From contig CAJINV010000035.1 of NCBI GenBank assembly GCA_905178155.1, positions 72,982 to 115,660 on the forward strand: a DNA stretch of 42,679 bases, given 5' to 3'. The notes beneath the pieces are model-generated. The model was not told the DNA's origin. It saw only the letters and a program-made list of their open reading frames with translations, and ran no database searches. Positions 11,301 to 21,125 of this stretch are shown piece by piece. The first letter of the stretch is position 1, and the number at the start of each line of letters is the position of its first letter. The position numbers and the translations under genes were made by a program. Source of the DNA: Amoebophrya sp. A120 (Eukaryota; Protista; Dinoflagellata).

Positions 11301-14300
11301 AGATTTTGCATCACAAACTTGGCCCTTCTGATTTTCGGGAAATGCAGCGGAAATGTATCAGCCAAACTTCTAACTTTTCAGTATCAAAAGTGCGAAGATT
11401 GTGAGGCGCAAATCTGGGTGGAAGGGAAGACGCCAGATTTTGCATCACAAACTTGGCCCTTCTGATTTTCGGGAAATGCAGCGGAAATGTATCAGCCAAA
11501 CTTCTAACTTTTCAGTATCAAAAGTGCGAAGATTGTGAGGCGCAAATCTGGGTGGAAGGGAAGACGCCAGATTTTGCATCACAAACTTGGCCCTTCTGAT
11601 TTTCGGGAAATGCAGCGGAAATGTATCAGCCAAACTTCTAACTTTTCAGTATCAAAAGTGCGAAGATTGTGAGGCGCAAATCTGGGTGGAAGGGAAGACG
11701 CCAGATTTTGCATCACAAACTTGGCCCTTCTGATTTTCGGGAAATGCAGCGGAAATGTATCAGCCAAACTTCTAACTTTTCAGTATCAAAAGTGCGAAGA
11801 TTGTGAGGCGCAAATCTGGGTGGAAGGGAAGACGCCAGATTTTGCATCACAAACTTGGCCCTTCTGATTTTCGGGAAATGCAGCGGAAATGTATCAGCCA
11901 AACTTCTAACTTTTCAGTATCAAAAGTGCGAAGATTGTGAGGCGCAAATCTGGGTGGAAGGGAAGACGCCAGATTTTGCATCACAAACTTGGCCCTTCTG
12001 ATTTTCGGGAAATGCAGCGGAAATGTATCAGCCAAACTTCTAACTTTTCAGTATCAAAAGTGCGAAGATTGTGAGGCGCAAATCTGGGTGGAAGGGAAGA
12101 CGCCAGATTTTGCATCACAAACTTGGCCCTTCTGATTTTCGGGAAATGCAGCGGAAATGTATCAGCCAAACTTCTAACTTTTCAGTATCAAAAGTGCGAA
12201 GATTGTGAGGCGCAAATCTGGGTGGAAGGGAAGACGCCAGATTTTGCATCACAAACTTGGCCCTTCTGATTTTCGGGAAATGCAGCGGAAATGTATCAGC
12301 CAAACTTCTAACTTTTCAGTATCAAAAGTGCGAAGATTGTGAGGCGCAAATCTGGGTGGAAGGGAAGACGCCAGATTTTGCATCACAAACTTGGCCCTTC
12401 TGATTTTCGGGAAATGCAGCGGAAATGTATCAGCCAAACTTCTAACTTTTCAGTATCAAAAGTGCGAAGATTGTGAGGCGCAAATCTGGGTGGAAGGGAA
12501 GACGCCAGATTTTGCATCACAAACTTGGCCCTTCTGATTTTCGGGAAATGCAGCGGAAATGTATCAGCCAAACTTCTAACTTTTCAGTATCAAAAGTGCG
12601 AAGATTGTGAGGCGCAAATCTGGGTGGAAGGGAAGACGCCAGATTTTGCATCACAAACTTGGCCCTTCTGATTTTCGGGAAATGCAGCGGAAATGTATCA
12701 GCCAAACTTCTAACTTTTCAGTATCAAAAGTGCGAAGATTGTGAGGCGCAAATCTGGGTGGAAGGGAAGACGCCAGATTTTGCATCACAAACTTGGCCCT
12801 TCTGATTTTCGGGAAATGCAGCGGAAATGTATCAGCCAAACTTCTAACTTTTCAGTATCAAAAGTGCGAAGATTGTGAGGCGCAAATCTGGGTGGAAGGG
12901 AAGACGCCAGATTTTGCATCACAAACTTGGCCCTTCTGATTTTCGGGAAATGCAGCGGAAATGTATCAGCCAAACTTCTAACTTTTCAGTATCAAAAGTG
13001 CGAAGATTGTGAGGCGCAAATCTGGGTGGAAGGGAAGACGCCAGATTTTGCATCACAAACTTGGCCCTTCTGATTTTCGGGAAATGCAGCGGAAATGTAT
13101 CAGCCAAACTTCTAACTTTTCAGTATCAAAAGTGCGAAGATTGTGAGGCGCAAATCTGGGTGGAAGGGAAGACGCCAGATTTTGCATCACAAACTTGGCC
13201 CTTCTGATTTTCGGGAAATGCAGCGGAAATGTATCAGCCAAACTTCTAACTTTTCAGTATCAAAAGTGCGAAGATTGTGAGGCGCAAATCTGGGTGGAAG
13301 GGAAGACGCCAGATTTTGCATCACAAACTTGGCCCTTCTGATTTTCGGGAAATGCAGCGGAAATGTATCAGCCAAACTTCTAACTTTTCAGTATCAAAAG
13401 TGCGAAGATTGTGAGGCGCAAATCTGGGTGGAAGGGAAGACGCCAGATTTTGCATCACAAACTTGGCCCTTCTGATTTTCGGGAAATGCAGCGGAAATGT
13501 ATCAGCCAAACTTCTAACTTTTCAGTATCAAAAGTGCGAAGATTGTGAGGCGCAAATCTGGGTGGAAGGGAAGACGCCAGATTTTGCATCACAAACTTGG
13601 CCCTTCTGATTTTCGGGAAATGCAGCGGAAATGTATCAGCCAAACTTCTAACTTTTCAGTATCAAAAGTGCGAAGATTGTGAGGCGCAAATCTGGGTGGA
13701 AGGGAAGACGCCAGATTTTGCATCACAAACTTGGCCCTTCTGATTTTCGGGAAATGCAGCGGAAATGTATCAGCCAAACTTCTAACTTTTCAGTATCAAA
13801 AGTGCGAAGATTGTGAGGCGCAAATCTGGGTGGAAGGGAAGACGCCAGATTTTGCATCACAAACTTGGCCCTTCTGATTTTCGGGAAATGCAGCGGAAAT
13901 GTATCAGCCAAACTTCTAACTTTTCAGTATCAAAAGTGCGAAGATTGTGAGGCGCAAATCTGGGTGGAAGGGAAGACGCCAGATTTTGCATCACAAACTT
14001 GGCCCTTCTGATTTTCGGGAAATGCAGCGGAAATGTATCAGCCAAACTTCTAACTTTTCAGTATCAAAAGTGCGAAGATTGTGAGGCGCAAATCTGGGTG
14101 GAAGGGAAGACGCCAGATTTTGCATCACAAACTTGGCCCTTCTGATTTTCGGGAAATGCAGCGGAAATGTATCAGCCAAACTTCTAACTTTTCAGTATCA
14201 AAAGTGCGAAGATTGTGAGGCGCAAATCTGGGTGGAAGGGAAGACGCCAGATTTTGCATCACAAACTTGGCCCTTCTGATTTTCGGGAAATGCAGCGGAA

Positions 14301-14580
14301 ATGTATCAGCCAAACTTCTAACTTTTCAGTATCAAAAGTGCGAAGATTGTGAGGCGCAAATCTGGGTGGAAGGGAAGACGCCAGATTTTGCATCACAAAC
14401 TTGGCCCTTCTGATTTTCGGGAAATGCAGCGGAAATGTATCAGCCAAACTTCTAACTTTTCAGTATCAAAAGTGCGAAGATTGTGAAGCGCAAATCTGGG
14501 TGGACGGGAAGACGCCAGGTTTTGCATCACAAACATGGCACTTGTGATTTTCGCGAAACGCAGCGGAAATGTATCAGCCA
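8346..14580. repeat. 134-bp satellite, ~46 near-identical copies
   Basis: Exact 134-bp period, also visible as identical 62-aa ORFs every 134 bp. Variants seen only in the first few and last units. Contains the imperfect inverted repeat TTGTGAGGCGCAAATCTGG...CCAGATTTTGCATCACAA. Confidence 0.98.
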
Positions 14581-15864
14581 GCCATTTCAATTTTCTACGC
14601 TTTGCATTGCAAATTTCAATTTTCCATGGACTTTGCAGTTATCATTGCAAATGCAAATTTAGCACTTCGCTACATTTGAAAATATTGGTACAAATGAAGA
14701 GGAGCAGCTTTGTGAAGAAAGCTTGCGACTATGCGTGAAGGCTACAAAAAGTTTAGACTGAAAACTGCTACAGAGGGACACTAAGGTATGTAAAATTGTT
14801 CTTCTGCCATGATATGAGCAGTAACAACGTCAATGCTTGCGGGTGCATCTACGTCTACGGCGATTCGATAAAAACATAACACGAAGCTTTTGGCTCCGTG
14901 ACGTCACAACAAAAACCCTGTGCGTCAGTTGAATGCTGCAAGCCCTTTCAAAACAAAATCTACACTGGCGGAAAACGCGATGTGCTCCTTCAGGCACCAG
15001 TGCATAATATGATATTTATAGGCCGCGCTGCCTGGAAAGTTGAGTATTGAAAAGAACCGACCATATCCGTAATTACGCAAGAGGGATTTGGTATGCTGGA
15101 CTAGTTCAATCCCACCGAAAAGAGTGCGCAACGGCACTCGTTCGCGACAAAAACGATGGTGACGACACGCAATATAAGACAACCGAATTATAGGATACCG
15201 ACCTGTAGTTTCTGTCGGCTAGATAGTGAAGCATCACACCGACTATACCACAACGAATTGTCGGCCGACCAGAGTGGAGGGTTTGCGTGGACATACGACG
15301 CCGCATCAAACACAGACTCTGAACCAATTTACCACAACACCAATGCTAACAGGACCACTGCGGACGTGGCGATCACCGGGCACGAGAGCGCACTGCTCCG
15401 TCTTTCGCTTCACCATCAGACGGGTACCACGGATCTTTTCTTCGGTGCAGCAGCGAAATACGAGCCATTTCATCTACTGTTTCTACTTCTTATCACACTG
15501 TTGTCAATCAAGAGAAAACTCGAGGTCGACGGTGTTCGTCACTTAGGACCTGCACCCCGACAGCAAACATGCGCTCGCTCCACATGTACTTGTCCTGTTC
15601 TCATCAAGGGTTTTTGGAATTAAAGCGCTTGACAAACATCCAAATCTATTTGACAGGATTAGTAAAGTGTTGACTTCTATCAAGCTTCATCTTCCGTAAG
15701 AATAAATTTTTAATTTTGGTTTTCTTGATTTTCCTCTTCATCCACATTTTTTCTGCAGTGTTTTTCCTCTTGCCGACGGTTCCGAGTACGACTTTCGCGT
15801 AAGTACTACACCAAGTACTTCGGCTGGAACTTAGACTTTCTGATTCTCATCGCCCGCTCTTCTT

Positions 15865-18800
15865 CTACGCCAATTCCTTCCGCCATTTGTCGACAAACGC
15901 CCCCCGCTTCACGGGGTCAATCGAGAGCAGGCCGTTCAAAAAATCCACCAGCTCCGTCTCGTCTTTCGTGGGAATCCGATTTTCCGTATCGTCTGTTGTC
16001 AGCGCTCGCGGATTATGAATTGCAAATCTGTCCGGAGCTTCTGGAATGCTACTGACTGACGATTCGCATGCTGTTTCAGGGTGACCCAGGAGGTCTGGCA
16101 AGCAAGACCTAGCATCACAATTTTTATTCAAACGTCGACCTTCCAATGCCTAGTCCGCATGACAAATCTTTGAGCTACAGCTACGAGGCCGCTTTTGCGG
16201 TTCATGCATGACAGATTTTTGCGAGTGCGTGATCTCAAATGTGCATCAGAAGTTTGCATGGTTCCCTACAGGACATATCTGCAATGCATAAGGCTCCGGT
16301 GCTAGTGCGGGAAGCCCTTGTTCGCCAATCCGGTCTCCGTTCCTTTCTTTCTCCGGAAGCAGGTTGCTCAGCAGTCGCCAGTACTGTAGGACGCGGTTTG
16401 GACCCGTCGAGTTGTCGGGCACTTCTCGCGACCGCGCGTAAATATTGTAAGCGCGCAAGGAAACCGGCTTCTGCACTTGCAAAAATATTGCGCTATTCAT
16501 CTTTTCAGGGGCTAGGAAACTGCACTACATTTTTCTACCTCCTGCAAAAAATATAAATTTCTGATTTTTTAGTATTTTCGTTCATAAGCACGGATCGACG
16601 AAAAGGACATAGGTGGGATATTTATGATCAATTCAACCAGCAGTACAAATCAAGTGTGTGATATTTCGCTTTCCTACGAAGCGTTGCAGTTTTTCAACAG
16701 CACCTGCTACATGAGAGCACTAGGATTGCAGCATTCCGGGATACCCGTAGTCCATCCACAGTGCTTCCAGTTCTTTATCGAGGATGGCTACCTGTTCTTT
16801 CCTCGCTTCAAGGATGGCTAGCTGTTCTGCGAGTTTCCGTTCTTTCTCCTTCTCGTCATCGGCTTGTTGTTTCTCCTCTCTCGCTCCATCTGCTTGTTGT
16901 TGTTGTTCCACCACATCAACGACCGGCTTGCTTTCGTACTGCCCCGCTTCTTCGTTCGCGCCATGTCGCTCCAATTTATTCCTCTTTTTGTACGATATGC
17001 ACCTTCTACACGAAAATCATGCCTGGTCCTGGTCCGGCACGAGGAAAAGTCCACGTGCACGAAACGAACGCTATTACTCGTATACGGACGTTGAAGATGA
17101 CACCAGGATGTGCTTGGAATAAAACAACCCTTCGCACTACTTGTTGGTGCATCGGAACACATAGTTACTTTACTTCACGTGCACGTGGACAACCACAACT
17201 ACATTATGGAAGAACATACATAGTGTGAAAAATGGCTTCTAGTGCGACAAATGCAAGCATAACACTGACCTGGACCCAGGTATATAAGTAATTTTTGCGC
17301 AAGATATTATCGCTGTTCAAAAACTTTTTGTCCTTGTCGTCACGCTGCAGGACAGGTCCCCCAACCGGCTGTGGCTGCTCCTCGTCCACCATCAAAACCT
17401 CCTTTCCGCTGTTCTTCTTTCCGAAAATGTTGAAGCCGCCGCCCTCGTGCAGCAAATTGTCGCTCTTGCTTCCCTGGAGGCCGCGCTCTTCATCGTCCCC
17501 GTTCGGGTCTATTTCCAACGACGGAAGCTTCTTCGGCCTTGCCTTCATCGCCTTTGCCATCTTTTTCCCACCACGGAGCGGCTCTTCCTGCTTCTCCAGC
17601 GCGAAAACATTTGCGGCCGCAGGATTTGCCAGCGCCGAGGAGGAGGAAGCTGAGGACGATGAGCTTGATGCTGAGGAGGAGGAAGTCGATGCAGGTGATG
17701 CGGCTGCCGAGGAGCTCGAAGAGGATGACGACCCCCCACCCATCAGCGGCGCAGTGATGGGCTCTGTTGGCGACGATGCGGGAGAGGAAGAAGACACGGC
17801 GGGACCAAACCCGACGTGGAAGGCCGGCAGATCGGGGCTCCCGGCACTTGAGGCAGTGCTGTCGCCCGATTTGTGCTTTTTCAGTCTCCCGGCAGCCCCC
17901 GCGCTAGCCGGCCGCTTTACCCCCTCGCCGGCCGGTGGCTTGGCCTGTGCTACATCTCGGAGCCGAAAGGTCATATGATCCCCGCTCGAAGCGTCTAACA
18001 CCAGCGCACCGCCCTGGGGCAGGGGGAAGAAGGGAAGCACGTAGTCAATAGCCGTGCCGCGGATGTGTTTCGCGTCCCCAAGCACGCCGCGCACGCGGTC
18101 AGCCACTGGACCCTGAGCAAACGACGGCACCGCGAGGCTCGCGCCAACGACTCCAAGGCCCCAGGCGTCTTCGATTATCGGCGACGACTTTTCGTAAGCG
18201 GCGAAGCTTTTCGTGTACAGGGAGCGAAACAGCTTCTTCGGATGCTCCACAATCACGCCCCGCTTCGGATCCTGCTTTTTCTCGCGTTTGTATATCGCTT
18301 CGATCTCCATGTTCATGATGTAGAAACCCCCTTGCTCGGGCGGCACAGACGGGAAGTCCGCAATTTTTATCGCAAGAAAAAACTGCTTCACTGTGAACTT
18401 GTGATGCAGAAAATGTATGGACTGCATCTGCAAATATGTCTGGGTGTGGACGATTGCGAGATTTGTCATGCTAGTCTGGCACGGCTCTGAACTCTGTACT
18501 GCGTGGCCGCGCAGAGCTCCTCTTGCCTGTCATGCAGACACTCAGTGTCTCATACGGAGTACGCAACTCAGAACCACGGCAAAACTTGTCATGCTGGACA
18601 GCGCATTACAGTGTTTTCACTACTCCCTTCCATGCGCCCCAAGTTTCGAGACCCAGACATATTTGCATTTGCCAAAATGGGACACAGAACTATTTGTCTT
18701 GCTACATTTTCAAGACGTGGAAGTTTCAGCCGTGTTTTCCGTCGAGAAGCGCGCACGGCAAATTTTCTGTGTCATGTGTAAACAAACTTGCGCCGCAGAT

Positions 18801-21125
18801 CTCGCAAAACAATCACAGCGAAGCACTTTTTTCATGGGATAATTATGGCGCGCTCGCTAATCTTCTTCGCCCGGTCTTCTTTATTTTCGTCCCGCTTTGC
18901 AAGAAGTTCGGCGACCTCTTTTGCCTCGCCCATGTCCATCAACACGAAGTGGAGAGTCGAAGGGAAACCCCTGCCGTAGCCAACGTTTTGCAGCTTCAAA
19001 TCTTATCCAAAGCAAACCTGTCTGGATCTGAAAACCTGTGGCGCTGACTTGCGCACGGCTGGAGCGCTTGCACTGGCTGCCAAGCTGACACGACATACAT
19101 GCGGATCGGTTTTGGCTTTTGCTACCTGCCACACATTACAGTTACAAGTCGCCGATCTGGTTATATATTGCATAACAAAAGAAGGAGCGGCTCCTCATGC
19201 GGCCGAGGCCTTCCACGCAAAGGGGTACACGGCACACGCGAAAAACGGGCGCCGCCTTTCCAGACCCAAACAGGTCCGCAGTGCATAGATCTCGGTGGGC
19301 GTAGCCGACGGCCTCGAGGTGGAACAGGGCCCGCAGGCCGTCCTTGTTGAACTTCAGCAGCTGCCCGGCCCCCGTTCCCTCCGGCAGGCCGACGACTGCC
19401 GGGACCAGGGCGGCGCACAAAATGCTGGACCCCTCCAGATCCAGCACGGCCAGGACGTTGTCGTGGGGCTGCCCCTGCAGTTTTTGGAGGATTTTGGCCT
19501 CCTTTTCGAACGCTTCCCTCACTGCACTACTCGCTTCCTGCGGCAGATATTTTCTCGCCGCCAACTGGAACGTCCCGGCGGCAAGGTCGGCAACGGCGCA
19601 CAACTCCACTTTGAGACTGCGACCCAGGTGCCACTTCGTGTCATACACGCTGAACAGTTTGCGGGAGCTGTGCTGCTGAGTGCGTGTCTTCTTCCCGAAC
19701 CGTTTGGCGGGTACATATTTGCTTGCTCGAACCTGCTCTTCCCGGGCCTTCTGCTTGAACACGTCCACGGTGAGATGCCCTGCATGCCGGGTCGCAGGCC
19801 TCTGAGGCTGCTGCCTGCTGCATTCTCGGCAGATAATCTCGCCCGCCGCGGACACGGTCCAGTTGTCGTGGTAATTATACAGTGGCGTACTGCAGCTGGC
19901 GCAACACGGGTAGAGGCGCGCCTCTGTGATCCCTGCGTCCCCACGATCAGTCGTGACTTTCAATCGCAGACCGGCCGCATCCTTTTCTGGCTTCAGGCTT
20001 TTCTCTCGACGCTTATCGGTTGCAAATCATACGCCATTCAGGGTGTGGAATGATTGCATCTTTCTCTACTTCTTCGAGAATTTCAATTTTGAATCCGCAA
20101 TAGATTGATAGATAAGTAGTATTTCGAGGCTAATATTAATTGCATCATGTTCTCTACAAGAAAACTATCACTCGCCATGCTTGTGAGGACCGGAAAGGCT
20201 AGGAAATCATGGCTCTTGAAGTAGTCACTTCACCTTTCCACACGAAGAACAGATATAGTTTGCATCGGGTATTCTTGCTTCACCTGTGCCCGCTTCTTCT
20301 TCGCTTCTTCCGTCATGCGATACTGATTCCAATCGGCCCGCTGAAGCCTCGAATCCGTGGGAATTTCGGCCGCAGTTGGACTGATGATCGTTGATTCTTC
20401 GAGGATTATTCTTGTCGCCACCATCTCATTGCCGGTTTCCGTTGCGATTACCACTTCATCTTCTGGCTCGCCAAGGTTTGTGCTGCTGTCGAGGAAGAGG
20501 AATATTGTGCCGTCTTGCTGCTTGCCGTGCGCGCCGCGCGCCCAGTCCAGAGGGGGCACGAGCAGGGCTCCTTCCTTTTCTAGCTGTTTGTTTGTAACAT
20601 CACGTAGAGCTGAGCCCGCGGGCACGGCATCCGGCGTCGCCGCTCCCAGGAAGGTTGACGCCTGGAACTCCTTCAAGGTCAGTTCGTGCATCACCCTGCC
20701 GCCACCTGCTCCCTCGCGGAAAACCTTGACAAACTTGGGAGGGGGCTTTTTTTGCACCGTTTCCACGTAATCCAGGAGCCGGAAGTGCACGCCGTGCTGG
20801 TCCACGCCCCGACTATGACAGTGCACAACTCCGTCTCTCTCCCGTGAATTTGTCATGCAAAAAAAGAAAAACATACTTAAAAATAAAATCCGAATCTCAG
20901 CAGTTGTTATCTTGCATGCAGGCCTGAATTGCATGACAGGTTGCAGCATGTCGAAAAACAACAGTGTCATCCGTGCTTGGATGATTTGGTGTGCTGGAGC
21001 TACATTCTTTGCTGCTACTCGCGCAAAGGAAATCAGGGGGAGAGGCAGTAATCATGCACTCCCATACCAATACCATCTCGTCCATTTTGCCTCTTCCATC
21101 GTGTGTGCCAGAAATTTGTCGACGC
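15865..21125 (-). CDS. Multi-exon Ser/Thr protein kinase with an upstream CxxC...CxxC motif and a long low-complexity insert; 5' end not resolved
   Basis: After removing inserts, the motifs appear in canonical order: AARK, EAFEKEAKILQKL..HDNVL, HRDLKLQN, LMDMG, SVPPE, DAWGLG, DFLNGLLSIDPVKR. Stop at 15865-15867. The links across 16470-16743 and 20814-21066 are the least certain. Confidence 0.85.
16014..16290. mobile_element. Decayed family-1 introner-like insert (kinase gene)
   Basis: tatgaattgcaaatctgtc...ggacatatctgcaatgcata, flanks cggat/aggct. Removal gives LAPEP|RALTTDD in frame. Confidence 0.75.
16470..16743. mobile_element. Strongly decayed insert / probable intron (kinase gene)
   Basis: Ends tctgcacttgcaaaaat...ccgggata, with a poor direct repeat. 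Removal plus 5 nt gives WMDYG|VSLRAY in frame and connects kinase subdomain XI to the gene. Confidence 0.5.
16996..17306. mobile_element. Decayed family-1 introner-like insert (kinase gene)
   Basis: Right end cctggacccagg...tttttgcgcaagata, left end tatgcac. Removal gives NSDN|KKRNKLERH in frame. Confidence 0.65.
18368..18841. mobile_element. Old insert hosting a nested younger copy (kinase gene)
   Basis: tatc...gata ends, flanks atttt/attat. Removal gives SERAII|ADFPSVPPE in frame. Confidence 0.75.
18416..18674. mobile_element. Family-1 element nested in 18368-18841
   Basis: TIRs tatgg...tgcaaatatgtctgggtgtgga and gagacccagacatatttgcatttgcca, with a perfect AAATG duplication. Confidence 0.85.
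19004..19287. mobile_element. Family-1 introner-like insert in the kinase catalytic loop
   Basis: tatccaaagcaaacctgtctggatctgaaa ... tttccagacccaaacaggtccgcagtgcata, flanks aatct/gatct. Removal gives HRDL|KLQN. Confidence 0.92.
20014..20271. mobile_element. Decayed family-1 insert (kinase gene)
   Basis: tatcggttgcaaat...tttgcatcgggta, direct repeat largely lost. Removal gives VKQE|REKSLK in frame. Confidence 0.65.
20814..21066. mobile_element. Decayed insert / probable intron (kinase gene)
   Basis: tatgacagtgca...tgcactcccata, flanks ccgac/ccaat. Removal gives KWTRWYW|GVDQHG, but the upstream open frame is short. Confidence 0.5.

Noticed and set aside
1807-14580. CRISPR array (regularly spaced ~31-bp palindromes)
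   Set aside because: The intervening sequences are long and repeated rather than unique spacers, no cas genes are present, and the gene structure is eukaryotic.
8631-14590. Series of identical 62-aa ORFs
   Set aside because: These are a by-product of the 134-bp period.
14925-15623. Possible small gene between the satellite and the kinase
   Set aside because: Short ORFs on both strands have no motifs and no resolvable exon structure.
19142-19963. Pseudokinase (HRDLCTADL, no DFG)
   Set aside because: This is read-through into the 19004-19287 insert; the joined sequence has HRDLKLQN and DMG.
17295-20770. Long plus-strand ORFs (17295-17978, 19295-20053, 20357-20770; similarly 33376-34029)
   Set aside because: They are antisense shadows of GC-rich minus-strand exons with no recognisable motifs.
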